DNA of 63,794 nt, filler included, from Pelomyxa schiedti (taxonomy: Eukaryota > Protista > Evosea), in the NCBI GenBank assembly GCA_020536535.1. It is 8 parts of 8 records of this genome, joined end to end, with 100 filler letters (N's around TTAATTAATTAA, not from the genome) between each part and the next. Parts side by side here need not be neighbours in the genome. Positions count along the whole stretch, not along the records: positions 31,103 to 36,228 come from JAHLWZ010001521.1; positions 36,329 to 39,544 come from JAHLWZ010001794.1; positions 39,645 to 42,755 come from JAHLWZ010000766.1; positions 42,856 to 44,536 come from JAHLWZ010002337.1; positions 44,637 to 52,782 come from JAHLWZ010000454.1; 3 more parts are not named here. The stretch is one strand, 5' to 3'. Shown one piece after another: positions 35,017 through 48,226 of this stretch; position 1 is the first letter of the stretch; every line of letters starts with the position of its first letter. Under the pieces are notes generated by a model that saw only the letters and a list, made by a program, of their open reading frames with translations, was not told the DNA's origin and ran no database searches. The translations under genes and the position numbers were made by a program.

Positions 35017-36228
35017 ATGATGAGCACGGGAGCAGCGACGGGGGTCGCCTCCGAAAAGCCGACCGGAGCGACAACAGCGACAAAGAGCGCAACGGCGAGC
35101 GGCGACAAGGTCTCAGAGGCCACGAGAGGGGGCGGGGCCGAAAAGGACAGGGAAAGAGAAAAAGATCGCGAAAGGCATCGGGACAGGGACAGGGAAAGGG
35201 ACCGCGAGAGAGGAGGAGGAGGAGACAGGGACAACAAGGACAAGGACCCCCACGCCCGCGAAAAGAAGAAGAAGACCGACAAGGACCGCGAGCGGGACAA
35301 GGACAGGGACAACAAGGCGAAGGAGTGGGACAGGGACCGAGACAGAGAGAGGGATAGGGATAGGGATAGAGATAGGGAGAGGGACAGGGACAGGGAGAGG
35401 GAGAGGGGGCGGGACAAAGACCCCAGGGGGGCCACCACCAGCAGAGGAGGGGAAAAAGACAGGGACAGGGACAGGGGCAGGGAGCGCGACAAGGGCAGGG
35501 GGGACAAGTCCAGGCCCGCCGAAGGGGGGGAGGAGTTCCAGGGCGACTTTCATGCTGATTTGTCCGTGGAGGAAACAAACAAGATCAGGGCCAAGCTGGG
35601 CATGACCCCGTTGGATACCACCTCCAAGCCCAAAACACCAGGGACCTCCGATTCTGGAGTTGCTGATGTGGTTGTTGTGAGAAACACGAGTATTGGAGTG
35701 GGTGTGGCAAAACGAGTTGATGCACTGAAGAAGATGAGGTTGCAGCGAGAGATGAATGAAAAACTCAGGGCAAGTGCAATGTCGCTCTCTGAGTCCCTGA
35801 AGAAAGACAGTCCTCTCGATGCCTTGGAGTGGATAAAAAAGCAACGAGAATTGGCGCAAAAGAAAGCTGCACAGTTGAATCAACAGGATGAAGAAGACCA
35901 AGCAATCGAGGGGGAGAAGAAAGATTCCACATACTCCTCAAAGGAACTGCAAGGAATTCAGGTGCAATCAATTAATTCTTCAGTGAGTTATTTCTCACCT
36001 CACCTCAGGTTTCACACGATCTCAGATCCCAGCTTCAAGAAGGACAACAGGTCATCCTCACCCTTGCTGATGCCCCTATTTTGGATGATGGCAATCAAGA
36101 TCGACCCAAAGGGGATCTGTTGGAAAATGTGTCACTCGCGGAGGAAGAAAGAAGGGTGCGCGCAATTGAAGAGTCCAAACCACACAAGCCAGCATACGAG
36201 GAGCTCACAGGTGCAAATACAGTTTTGC
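35017..36228 (+). CDS. SART1: U4/U6.U5 tri-snRNP protein SART1/Snu66, 5' part (truncated by linker)
   Basis: RD/RE-rich N-terminus; HIND motif LSVEETNKIRAKLGMTPL; YSSKELQGIQV|.HD; QVILTLADAPILDD...LLENVSL. Confidence 0.9.
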
Positions 36229-36328
36229 NNNNNNNNNNNNNNNNNNNNNNNNNNNNNNNNNNNNNNNNNNNNTTAATTAATTAANNNNNNNNNNNNNNNN
36301 NNNNNNNNNNNNNNNNNNNNNNNNNNNN

Positions 36329-36812
36329 ACACAACCAGGCCAAACCTACAGAATCCCCCACCACCCACACCACCATCCACACCATCATCCACAGAAGCAG
36401 AAGCAGAAGCAGAAGCAGAAGCAGAAGCAGAAGCAGAAGCAGAAGCAGAGGGAACGATCCTCCCTCGTTCGTTGGTGTCTACTTTGTACTTTGGACCAAC
36501 CCAGCCACAGAACTCTGTGAAGAAGAACCCATCGCGGGGAGCAATGGCGAGTGGCGCCGGTGGACTCGCGAGGCCGAGCGTCGGCGACACGGCGAACTGT
36601 ACGTACTCGAAGCTCAGAAAGAACGCGTCTGTCGCCCGCTCCACCACTACGGTTTTCGAGGGGCGCACGACCCACTCGCGGCCGATGTGGGACAGCAGAG
36701 GGGGCGTCAGGGCCGCCGCCTGGCTGCGGGCGCCGCACCGTCCCACAATCACACCCGCTCCCAGTGCGACAAATTGGCTCCGCGCGTCGATGTGTAGGAG
36801 CAAGTCCGTCAC
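36329..36812 (-). CDS. 'RCGARSPAR-motif' family protein, 5' part (truncated); contains a (GCAGAA)n AS repeat
   Basis: MTDLLLHIDARSQFVALGAGVIVGRCGARSQAAALTPPLLSHIGREWVVRP...FAVSPTLG. Confidence 0.75.
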
Positions 36813-36921
36813 GACAAAACAATTCGATTTTGTGGAAAAAAGAGGGAGTGAATGCGAGAATCCGATTCACTTCTGTTCCTTAAGGCCTTTAGAGCAGTCC
36901 CGTCAAAAAGCACCAGGGTTT

Positions 36922-37746
36922 TTAGAGTAGCCCCTTAAAAACCGAGACACAAAACTAAAACCCGAGTCGGAAAAAAAAAAGCGAGTCAGAATTTTAAAAC
37001 CAAGTCGGTACCGTCGGGTTCTGGTAATTTGATGGCTGTCGGTCTTTTTTTCAGGTGTGTGTTTGCTTGCAATGGTCTGTGGTGTGCGAAATTGCATTAA
37101 AAATGCAGGTGTATGTGTGTTAAGGTTGTTGTTGGGTTGTGTGGAGACACTGTGGGAGAGAAGTTGGAAAGGTTTGAAGGTGTGAGATTAAAGGCTGAGG
37201 AATGAGAAGGGAATCCAAGGTGAAGATTAGCAAAACCAGAATGGGACAACATCAAGTTGGGAAAGGAAGAACTGGATACAGGCAATAGAGGGTTCAACAA
37301 TGTTGGTGGAGGCACAACAGAGGGGGTGAAAACGACAGGATGAGGTTCTATGGGTGGATTTGTGTTATTTTTTGCAGTTACTTTTTCATGCATCCAAGTC
37401 ATCAATTTGTCTTTTTGCAGGGGAGTCAACAATGGTGGTCGACCTTTTTGATGCAAAGGACGACCATCCCGATGAGCAAAAAAAGCTCTGTGTATGATTT
37501 AACAACAAGATGAAGTGCTATAAAGCAAGGCCAGCAGGAGTGTCGTCAATATGAAACTCTGGAGGCACAACCAAAGCCCTTACTTGCTCGTCGGTGTACT
37601 TCGTCTTGCGGCCCAATCGATTTTGTCAATTTTAACAGAAATCTGTTGATACCAGCTTGGGTTAAAAATCAGACTTGGGTTGTAGTTTTGCGTCTCGAGT
37701 TTAAAATTCCGACTTGCATTTAGCACCTCGCTTAGGAGGTGCTCTA
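36922..37746 (-). mobile_element. Decayed TIR DNA transposon (pogo/Fot1/Tigger-like HTH remnant between imperfect inverted repeats)
   Basis: AAAACCGAGACACAAAACTAAAACCCGAGTCGGA (36938-36971) is the imperfect reverse complement of TCAGACTTGGGTTGTAGTTTTGCGTCTCGAGTTT (37669-37702). Internal broken frames read GRKTKYTDEQVRAL and KGRPPLLTPLQKDKLMTWM. Confidence 0.6.
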
Positions 37747-37799
37747 CGTTGAGGAATTTCTTGCTGTTTCAAAGTCTTTTCTGTGAAATCAAAAAGGGG

Positions 37800-39076
37800 A
37801 TGATGCCAGACGAACCAACTCTGCGGACACACAAGAGACCGAGGATCGTGTTTGCCCTCAAAAAAAAAGCTGCCGTCTTCGTTACGAAACCAAGCTGGCT
37901 TGGCGACATCGTTTTCCACTGGGTGCTGGTGGCACGCGACCAGTTCGCGTCGTTGGTCGCGGCAGCGCAGTTCCCCGCGGGATGCGGGGCCAGATCGCCT
38001 GCGCGCGTTTTGGGGACGGCCCTGCTCAGGCAATTGTGGGACGACTGGGTCGTTGGCTGCCAAAGGGTGCTGGTGTTGGACACCGGGGTGTTCAAGCAAG
38101 GAGACGAGGAGGAGTCACCGGGTCCCTACAAGAGGTGCATTTTCAGGTTTGGCATCTCGCCACTGCTTATGGGAGTCACAACAGCCCTGCAAGTTGTGCC
38201 GAGAGAGGAACTCCTTCGCGAAGACTCGTTCGAGGGGAGTACCACGTGGATTGACGAAAGCAGGTGCCTCCTGGTGAAGAAACGTGGCAAGCTTCCGCTT
38301 GGAGTGTGGGTCAATAATCAATTCTCTGGGGAGAAGAGGTGCTTGAGGAAAGAATCAGTGGCTGAGAGTCGGACAGAAGCGAATTCAAGGTGGTGTCTGG
38401 AGCTCCAGAAGCACGGCGGAAGTCTCACATTGCCTTGAATAAATATGTTTCATCACAGGCAGTGATCCTCGTGGAGCACTTCGATTCCTGCACAGGAGCA
38501 ATGCTATTCACGTTCTTGGTGGTTGATTTAGCCAAGACCTTCTCATCTGGATGCCTGCAAATCGTGAATAGAGCTACTTCTGTGTTCCCAACACTGGACT
38601 ATGATGAATGGTCAGTTGGAAACATCCTCGTCATGCAAAACGAGGCTGCTCAAAACGTGATCATTGTTCATATCGTCCGCAATCATTCAATGACTTCCCA
38701 TTCCATTGTTGGCGCTGTTCATTCAGATGGGGCTGTGGAATGGCTTTATGCCACATATGAGATTGAGGTTGTGATTGTTGAGTGGGCTCGCTTATACCAA
38801 ATCAGCAGCTCCCTGTTCTCAGTTCACTACAGCGACAGGGACAGACTGGACATCTGGGATGCAAACGAAACCACCAATGGTCGCCCTGTCTGCAGGTCCA
38901 TCCACAGAATCCCCAGCGATAAATTCTTGGTTGGTGGTGGATTCATCATCTATTTTGTAAATAGGGGAAACAGGCAAGTGATTACTGAGGCATCATCAGG
39001 CATCATCCCACTGTACTTTAGGATTGATGGCTGGCGCTTCGATACAGTGGCGAACACCACCTCATTCTTGTGGTGA
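37800..39076 (+). CDS. 'RCGARSPAR-motif' family protein; frame break near 38430 (possible pseudogene)
   Basis: VARDQFASLVAAAQFPAGCGARSPARVLGTALLRQLWDDWVV; FGISPLLMG; ANSRW; FLVVDLAKTFSSGCL; QVITEASSGII. Confidence 0.7.
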
Positions 39077-39643
39077 GCTGGTGACTCCCCTTTGGTTACT
39101 GAACTTTCGTTGGTCGCACAAAAAACGGCACTCACAATCCTCACCTCACACCCTCTGTGGCCTGAAGTCGATTTTCGACTTCAGGCAAAAAAAAAAAAAA
39201 ACATTTTCTGCCACTAAAGCACACAGCACAAACGCCAAACATGCCATTTATGTCGGGGCAGTGATAAGTGGTTTGCACCTAGCTGTTATTCCTAACTGCA
39301 AAAGGCCAGGTCTTGCTTATTTGTCCCAGACAAACAATCAGGGCAAAAATTGTACGACTCAGGGAACAAAAATCCTTGAAGTAACAAAACGTGAGGAATC
39401 GAAGTGTGCAGGGAGTGATGGGGCACACATACCAATCACCAGCGAGGTTTGTTCCACTGGCATAAATGTAAAACGCAGCAGATGACCTGAACAGGGACTT
39501 GAGGGGAGCACCCTTGTTTGATGACGAACTGATGATGCTCGTCGNNNNNNNNNNNNNNNNNNNNNNNNNNNNNNNNNNNNNNNNNNNNTTAATTAATTAA
39601 NNNNNNNNNNNNNNNNNNNNNNNNNNNNNNNNNNNNNNNNNNN

Positions 39644-42438
39644 NCAGCAGCAGAAACATTGTTGGAAAACAAGAAAAAAACCTGGAAATCACTGGAAAAC
39701 AGCATCAGAGTAACACTTCAAATCAAATTTAGCGTTGTGCACACACCCACCACTCACGCTTTGTGAAACAGAAGAAATCACAGAACTGAATGCACGAATC
39801 ACACAATTGGAGGAAGAAAACGCAAAGAACCTGAAGCTTCTCCGTTATGAAAGACAACTCAACCAAGAAAGATTTGTTGACTCAACTGCAAAGAACAAGG
39901 GTTTTAACCTCCTCCTTTTTTCTCTCTTAAACACTTCACACCCACCCAAAAAAAAAGAGCTGATGGAAATGATATCCACACTGGAGGAAGAAAGTGCCAA
40001 GAATTTGAAGCTCTTTTGCGATGAAAGAGCATCTGATCAACAAAGATTTCATAATCTCCAACACTGTTTGTGCCTCACAATACCCCTCAACCAACCTTGC
40101 ATGGCACTAACTGGCAATGACAGACACGAATCATGTGATGTCACATATTGAACAAGGAGAAGGCACATGGTGCAACATTCTCCCTGAAAACAACTGCAAA
40201 CGCTTGCAAACCAGGATTGTATTTGAGGACCTTGCCCCTTTTGAGGAAATTGTGTGTGGCTCCTGTCCACTTCAGATGGTATTTTCATGTCCTTTCCTCT
40301 CTCTTGGATCCCATCCCCCACCCATTTCTCGTTGTTTGTGATTTATTGCTCTGGTTCCTTGTGGAGAAAAAAATCCAACCAAACCCAGGTTGTGAAAATC
40401 ATCATCTCAAGGAAGTTTGGAGTTGAACCTACACAACAAGTCATTTTCGTTGTTGGTCCAGATAACCCCTCAGTGGAACTGTTGACCGACCCATCCAGAA
40501 CCTTGGATGAAATTCAACAGCAACAACAAGGCAACAGCAACAGCACAGACAGAGTTGTATCAATACAAGTCCGAATCAAATCAAGCATGACAGTTCAAGA
40601 GCAAGACTTGAAAGTTGTTTCCACACTTGGGGTTGGATCGTATGGAACTGTTTTCAAGTGCACTTTCTTCCTTCACAACAACACAGCAGCAGCAACACCA
40701 TCCTCCTCCGAAACACCAACAACAACATTGGTGGCAGTGAAATCACTTCACGAAAGCATAAAATCTGAGTTCAACATCACAAGGTTTCATCAAGAAGCTC
40801 TGGTGTGTGTGTCCCTGATTATTCTGTGTGTTGGAAATCACCACTCACACACAACCCCCACAAACACACAGATTTCATCGAGCTTGCGGCATCCAAACAT
40901 TGTGAGATGCCTTGGAACGTGCGTCACGAGCACAGGGTCACTCTGGATCGTCTCGGAACTCATGGAATTGAGCCTCCGGCAGCTCCTTCAACACGTTCGT
41001 TTGGCCTTTTCTTCCTCCTCGAAGTTTACTTCTTTTGACACTGACACACACAACACACACCAGAATAGTTTGACATTTGTGGAAGTTGTTGCGATCTCTT
41101 CAGGAATTGCCAAAGGAATGACTGCACTTCACATGTTTGTGATTTCTCCTTGCCTCTTTTTTGAATTGTTGTTTTCTTTCATGAAAGTAATGTGCTGTGG
41201 TATTTACTATGTTTACAAACACAGGAGGAATATCATGCACCGAGACCTGAGCAGCAACAACGTTCTCCTGGATTCTTGTGGAACTCCAAAAATTGCTGAT
41301 TTCGGTTTCTCTCTCTCTCCAGCCATTTCATTCCAATTTAACGCGATCACCAAAGGAGTGTCAAGAGCCAGCGTTGGAAATTCTCTCCCTGGCCGCGGCA
41401 GAGGAGTTAGACCAACACCACTTGGGACTTTCACAAACGGTGCAGGAACACCGATTTACCTGCCACCACAGATGCACAGTCGTCACTACGGAATTCAAGG
41501 TTGGGGTGAACTCTTGAATTCCGTTGTTGTTCTGACACTGATCGCAGGAGACATGTGGGAGTTCGCGGTTTTGTTGAGTGAACTTCTCCAAGGCACCATC
41601 CCAGAGGTCACACTCCCCAAGTCCTTTGCCAAAATGGGTGAGTTTATGAGGCTCCAGAAGTTATCACTGTCATCCCCTGAAATTGCCGGTTTGTTTCTCA
41701 CAAACAAAAAACACTCACACACAAAACACCGAGTTCTCTCTCCGTCTCATCGCACTCACAACACACACAGAAGTTGACCGGCTTTGTGATGACGTTGGAG
41801 ACATTCCCGTTGCCGAGTGCCTCGGCCGGAGGAGCGCAATTATTTCGGCGTTGCGTTCTGATCCCAAGATGAACAACGTGCACCGTGCGTGCGTTGGTCT
41901 GTTCTCTTTCCTTGTTGAGTCCTGCCTTTCAATCCTCGGTTCGTTTCCCCGCACCCATTCATATTCACTTCCCCCCTCATAAAACACACAGAAACTCACC
42001 GGCCTTCTTTCCCGGCGATTGAGAAAATCATGATGACATGTGCGGAGCTCATATTCTCATCANNNNNNNNNNNNNNNNNNNNNNNNNNNNNNNNNNNNNN
42101 NNNNNNNNNNNNNNNNNNNNNNNNNNNNNNNNNNNNNNNNNNNNNNNNNNNNNNNNNNNNNNCGTTTCCCCGCACCCATTCATATTCACTTCCCCCCTCA
42201 TAAAACACACAGAAACTCACCGGCCTTCTTTCCCGGCGATTGAGAAAATCATGATGACATGTGCGGAGCTCATATTCTCATCACCCAGTCCAGGTGAAGG
42301 TTCCACACCCACAATCACAAGTACAAGCACATGCACACGCAACCTCACACCAACTGGCAGCACCAACGACGTGACGGGACACATTTCGGCATGCCTAGCG
42401 GGAATAGCTGCATCTTTCCCTGCTTCCCGCTCATTTTA
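39644..42438 (+). CDS. TKL-group protein kinase with an N-terminal coiled coil; multi-exon, 5' truncated
   Basis: LGVGSYGTVFK; VAVKSL; LRHPNIVRCLG; IMHRDLSSNNVLLD; KIADFG; AGTPIYLPP; GDMW; HRPSFPAI. Confidence 0.9.
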
Positions 42439-42855
42439 AAACCACCATGTGCTTGTTTGGGGTTCTGTTTTTGATTTACAAGGAACATTATCGTTGTGGA
42501 TCATCAGTGTGCAGCCTCCACCTTTCATGGGGGTGAGTATCCTCCCTGGCATCCATCTTCGTGCCTTAGGGCCATTTGTTGTTGGATATCCAATGGTCAG
42601 GCTGCACTTAGAGCACCAAAATGCTGGCGGGATTGGACGGAGAGGTGCGAGAGAAGGTGATGGGGATGATAACGCAATTACAACAACTCTTGGGGCAGTT
42701 AGCTGTACTGATTAATGTGCACACACTGTTGCCAATCAGTTCAACCCAACAAGTGNNNNNNNNNNNNNNNNNNNNNNNNNNNNNNNNNNNNNNNNNNNNT
42801 TAATTAATTAANNNNNNNNNNNNNNNNNNNNNNNNNNNNNNNNNNNNNNNNNNNN

Positions 42856-44536
42856 GTGAGTAGGGAAGGGAGGGGAACAGGAAGAATACCTGGGGAAGAG
42901 TGAATTTGAATCTGTTGAACAACCACCTCGCACAGCTGCGTTTGTTGTTGGTAAGCATGTGAAAAAGCACTGCATGAATGACTTGTGGTGTGCTCGTAAT
43001 TCTATTTTGTGGTGTGGCTCTGCTTCCACAAAAGAACAAAGAGTAGATCAAGAGCTTCACAATCTTGGAGGACCTTTGGGGGAAGGCACTGTACTCCTGT
43101 AAGGCACTCTCCAGCACAGAACGGGAGAATTGACCAAGGGACAACACTTGCTGAATCTGGGAAGGTGTGCCGACGTGCTTCTTTACTAAGTGGAGAAGCA
43201 ACTTAGAGAGGATCTGAGGGTTGGTCACAGGGCACAAGGAAAACTTCTTCCAAATGGACACTGCCGTGCCCATTTTGAGAACAAAGGAGCTCCCATTGCA
43301 AAAGTCCAACACTTCAGATTGGCTCCATTTGAGATCACAAGCTTCTGAATGATTGGTGAACACCCAGTCGAGCCAGCCATCATCACCTTCAGGGCGATGA
43401 CGAGAAAAGAGTTTTGAGAGAGAAATTTTGGGCTTTGTGCGTGTTGTCGTGAGGATCTGCTTCTCCAACCACTTGCAGATCAAATCCAAACGGTTTGGGT
43501 TGGCCAAAGCCCTGTGAAGTGCTTTTAGAAAATCTGAGGAACTCAGCTCATCAGCCAGTTGCTTGGCCAACCATGCAAAAAACTCCACGTTGTCATGAAT
43601 GCCTGAACAAGTCTCAAAAAAGCTGTCGGTGCTGACAATTGCTCCCTTCTCTTCAACAAGCCACTTTCCCAGTTCAACATTCCCAGCTTTAGAACAGCAG
43701 AAGCTCCAAAGAGAAGAGATTTCATCAGATGCACTAGGGACATCAGAGAGTGCCCACTTGATAACCTTTGCACTCTTTGGCCAAGTGTTTGAGGTATCTG
43801 GACAAACAAAATCCTGCCAAGACAACGAGAAACGATCTTTGAGCCACTGGCACACTTCAATGACTTCATCAGCTGAACAGCCTTTGCAGGATGCTGCCCA
43901 AATGGCCAAGAACTGACCACAGTCACTGAAATCCCAGTGTGGAAAGGTCTCAACGAGGAGTTTCACATCAGAGACTCTGCCTTTCATTGGGTGGAAGTTT
44001 GAAGCCATACCTGTGCTGTCAGCAGTGTCAAAGGTGCTCACCAGCCACTTGAAGATGTCAAGCTGACCGTTGTAAGCCGCCATATACAGGAAGCGTTGAA
44101 CCAATTCATGATTTCTGTTTCTGTCGATCTGAAGCCAGTCTGTTAGAACCCACTGAAGGACATCCAGGTGTCCAGCTGTGAAAATGCACCACAGTAAGTT
44201 GTCAAACCCCCTGCTGCTCCAGAATTCATCACACAGATTAGCATTAGCATCTCCTCCCTGCACAGACCCACTGTAAATGAGGCAACTCTAATAAAAATGG
44301 ACCATACCATTGGTTCATAAGCTTGGAACCCACGGATTCCCTGTGGTGCCGCACCCTCTTTCGGCCACACCACACAACCATCACCACCCTCTTCATCCCA
44401 GCTTGTTGTCTCCACGAACCTCTTTGCCATCTCCAGGTGACCCCCACAGCACAGTCCCGTCAGCACCGCCACCCACTCCCTCTCCCTCCTCATCCTCCTT
44501 CTCTCTTGATCATCATCATCACCACCATCATCACCA
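42856..44536 (-). CDS. Degenerate ankyrin-like helical repeat protein, partial; frame break near 44260
   Basis: GLCCGGHLEMAKRFV; AGHLDVLQWVL; AAYNGQLDIFKWLV; AGNVELGKWLVE. Confidence 0.65.
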
Positions 44537-44636
44537 NNNNNNNNNNNNNNNNNNNNNNNNNNNNNNNNNNNNNNNNNNNNTTAATTAATTAANNNNNNNN
44601 NNNNNNNNNNNNNNNNNNNNNNNNNNNNNNNNNNNN

Positions 44637-45225
44637 AGATGGTGCTCATCAGCGAGAGGGTAGACTTGCTCTTTCCAGTCATTTCCTAATATTATTTTTA
44701 AAGTCTCGCCATTGGTATAAATGAAACCACGAATGTCGGGCACTTCGCAAGAGCAATATTTGAAGCCACGTGCTTTCAAACAAAAGAGGTTGATAAGAAC
44801 TACAGTAAGTACACAAAACACTGTGTAAATGACTTCATATTTCAGGTCTTAGATGCAATGGTAAGTGACAGCTCTGTGGAACTTCAAGTTCTGAGAGTTG
44901 ATGGAGGAATGGTTGTGGCTGATATCATGCTCCAAATCCAAGCCGATTTGCTTGGCATTCCAATCAGTATGTAGCACCAAACACCAAAACAAACACTCTG
45001 ACGCACTCACACATCACAGTGAGACCACTGTGCTTGGAAACCACAGCACTGGGGGCCGCCGTGGCCGCCGGGATTGGCTGCGGCCTCATCGATGTTGATG
45101 CGCTGCCTTCGCTCCTGCAGCAGGACAGCACCACGTTCTCACCCACAATAACCGTGGAGCAACGGGCACTCCGCATGTCCGGCTGGACCAAAGCCGTCGA
45201 AAGGTCACTCAACTGGGCATCATGA
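44637..45225 (+). CDS. GK: Glycerol kinase, C-terminal exons (FGGY family), 5' truncated
   Basis: GHFARAIFEATCFQTKE; LRVDGGM..IMLQIQADLLG; ETTALGAAVAAG; GWTKAVERSLNW. Confidence 0.9.
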
Positions 45226-45687
45226 AACCCCATCCCACAACCAACCAAAGCACCTCGTGATGCACCAACACAATCATCAGTTCAATCGAAAGCCCAGACT
45301 GCTTTTAAACCATCCAACAATCAACACAAAGGGGGTGTAAGAAGCCAAAATAAGCAGCTCAAACAAGGAGAAAAAAAAGCTTCGAAGTGAACTTCTTGTT
45401 GCTGTGAAACCGGAATGAAACCCCGGTGTTGGACTGAAAAACAAAAAGGAAATTCCGGCACATTAATTAGTGCCTCATCACGAAAAAAATCATCGATCCA
45501 TTTAAAACAAACCAAAGATGCTGGGGCTCGCGATGCTGACAACGAACTCTGCTGGTGCGTTTTACATAGAAAACTCGTCGTTAAGTTGCCTGTTGGCAAC
45601 CAAACTAACAACACCCAACAACAAACGAGCTGTGTGCTTTCTTCGTACTTTTTTTTTTCCCTAAAGAAAAAAAATACAGAACAAAAG

Positions 45688-47128
45688 ATGTGGGCGAAAC
45701 TTCCTGGACTTTTTGCGACTTTGATTGCAAAGCCTACGTTGTCAAGTTTACCTCAGTCGACTGAAAATGAAACCGAGGATGACATCGTTGCGACTCTGTC
45801 ATCTGCCGAAGTGAGACACACAAAATCGGAAAATCTGCATCGAAGTTGTCCTGACGACGAGCATTCCACGGAATCTTGTCAAATTCCCCAAATGCACCCT
45901 CATCTGCATCGTCGCGATAGCGCTTATTCCGATGAATCAATAATGTGTCATAATCTCAGCCCTGTTTGCGACGAGGAGTACGAGCAGGAGGAAGTCATTG
46001 ACTGCCAACAACCTGCCGTGGAACAGCAGTACGACGAGTTCGATCTCCTATGTGACTGTTTGTCAACTTCTGAACCAAGAAACAAATATCTTGAGGACTC
46101 TCAAAAATTGCAGTTATTTCCACCAGAAGATACGGAATTGTATGTGACTTTCCACTTGATTATGTTTGTCTCAATTTCTCCTTCAGTCTCTTGCCTCCCA
46201 AAATTTTTTTTTCTCCAAAGAAAACTCTGGTTCTGGATCTTGATGAAACGTTGATGCACAGTTCTCTGGAGGTGTGAAGTGTATCTGAAAATAATGATTT
46301 TAATTAAATACAAGCCATTGCCCCGCATTGACCACAAGTTTGATGTCACGGTTGACGGCGTTTCAGCAACGATTTACATGGTTAAAAGACCTGGAGTGGA
46401 GCAATTTTTGCAACTGCTGAGGAATAAGTATGAACTGGTTGTTTTCACAGCAAGTATTCCGGAGGTGCACAGCCCTTCTAAATCTAATTGAGACTAACTT
46501 CAGCTCAGTATGCTGACAAGGTGATTGATTTTATCGATGTGCATCATGCTATTACTTCGCGGTTGTACCGATCGTCATGCGCGCATATCTTTGGGAACTA
46601 TGTAAAGGTTCGAGGTACCCATGATTTCCACACCTCTTATTTTAACAGGACTTGGACAAACTTGGAAGGGATATGTGCGATACAGTCATCATTGACAACA
46701 CACCAGCCTCGTACATGTTTCATCCTCATAACGCGGTCCCTATCAGTTCCTTCACCACCAATCCGAATGACACAGAACTGATGTCATTGGAGCAGCTCCT
46801 TTGTGACATGTCAGCCTACAACGGAGACGTGAGAACGTATATCTCTGAACACATCGTCACCATTCCCAGTTGCCCCAGCATTACGCACCCCCCCAGCACC
46901 CACAAGTTACCTCCAATTCCATTGTGCCCAGACCACAACCCATCTCAAACAACGGTCACAACCACAAGCACAACCACAACCACAACAGCAGAACTCACTT
47001 CCACAGCCACAGAATCAACAACGTTCAAAAACACGTCTCAACCATGGTTCAAAAGCGAACCCATGGCCCAGCAACCCTCTTTCATTCCACCTTTGGATGA
47101 GGAACCGGAAGCTGAAGACACAAGATGA
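45688..47128 (+). CDS. CTD small phosphatase-like (NIF/FCP1 HAD family)
   Basis: KTLVLDLDETLMHS (DxDxT); VKRPGVEQFL; VVFTAS..YADKVID; RLYRSSC; YVK|DLDKLGRD; IIDNTPASYMFHPHNAVPI. Confidence 0.93.
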
Positions 47129-47340
47129 TGAAGCCCATTGCACATTGACTGATTAATCAGTATCACACCAATACCTCCGCCACATTACACAGTCAGCAAA
47201 TCATGATTCAGGCTGGACGGAATTTGTTGTTTCTGTCCAAACCAAGAGAAGAGATATAAAACACAAGGAATTTTACACTTTTTTTCGCGATGGAAATTGC
47301 AATCACCAGTCGCGATTTTCCGGCCTTTTGAGCCGTTGTT

Positions 47341-47501
47341 TTCATTCACAGGAACGGCCGGAGCGTTCATTCTAATGGTCTTTCCTTGAATCCCCCGCCG
47401 TTGTACCACAGAAAGATTGTAAATAGGAATAATAACAAAAATAATTCTTCCTGATAGACACTATCACGCACCCAACTCAAATGGGAACGAGTCTTATCAG
47501 A
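47341..47501. repeat. Direct repeat of about 160 bp, copy 1 (copy 2 at 49628-49789)
   Basis: TTCATTCACAGGAACGGCCGGAGCGTTCATTCT...AAATGGGAACGAG(AG)TCTTATCAGA present twice with scattered substitutions. Confidence 0.9.
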
Positions 47502-47599
47502 AATCCTCGACTGTCTGGACAGGAGTGCCTCAGGCACACCGCCGCGTTCAACGTCAACTGCTTCTTGAAGGAGATGACTTATCTCTGTGAGGCGCTACT

Positions 47600-48226
47600 T
47601 CAGATGATGTGGGTAACTTTGGTTTCGTTAGGGCCGTTACCAGGAAGCTGGCAGAGCTCGTGCTGCAGGGTTACTCCGAGGAGCTCATGAATGGGGAGTG
47701 TGTGGGGTTCAATCCCCGTGGCACCGAAAAGGTTGTGCTGCAGGGTTACTCCTATGAGCTCATGAATGGGGAGTGTGCGGGGTTCAATCCCCGTGGCACC
47801 AAAAAGGTTTTCGAGAATTTCACCCAGAGTGTTGGAGGTAAACGACGCGTTGTTGTTGCTGCCATGGGTGCTGAGAAGTCAGGCAAGTCCACACTCCTGA
47901 ACACGATGTTCAACCTGAGTTTTGGTGTGAGTGCAACAAAGTGCACCCAAGGCGTAAACATGTAGATTCTCCGGATGGACACAACTGCCTCCTGGATCCA
48001 GGTGGCCACTTCCACTTCAAATCCTGCTAGCTATGGGAATATCATGGTTTTGGATACACAGGGTCTGGCAACAGCAGTAAAAAGTAACATAGATCTCAAT
48101 TGGGCCTCTGACAACAAGCTCACCACTTTCATCACTACAATCGCAGATCTGACAATAATTAACAATGCCAGTCTTGGCGACACTGCAATGCACAGGTTCC
48201 TCGAAGCTCTGGGTTGCTCAAGCTGA
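47600..48226 (+). pseudogene. Very-large-inducible GTPase (GVIN/VLIG, GB1/RHD3 clan) GTPase-domain remnant
   Basis: LAELVLQGYSEELMNGE (75-bp tandem duplication, 47660-47809); MGAEKSGKSTLLNTMFNLSFGVSATKCTQGVNM*; VLDTQGL; DNKLTTFI...LTIIN; in-frame TAG at 47963. Confidence 0.8.

Noticed and set aside
34937-35901. Minus-strand PC-, SL- and VP-repeat ORFs
   Set aside because: Antisense shadows of the RD/RE-rich SART1 N-terminus
47960-47968. Possible TAG/TAA reassignment (TAG at a likely Gln site in GVIN; TAA at 18903)
   Set aside because: Intact genes here end in TAA, TAG and TGA and lack internal stops; both cases lie in otherwise damaged pseudogenes
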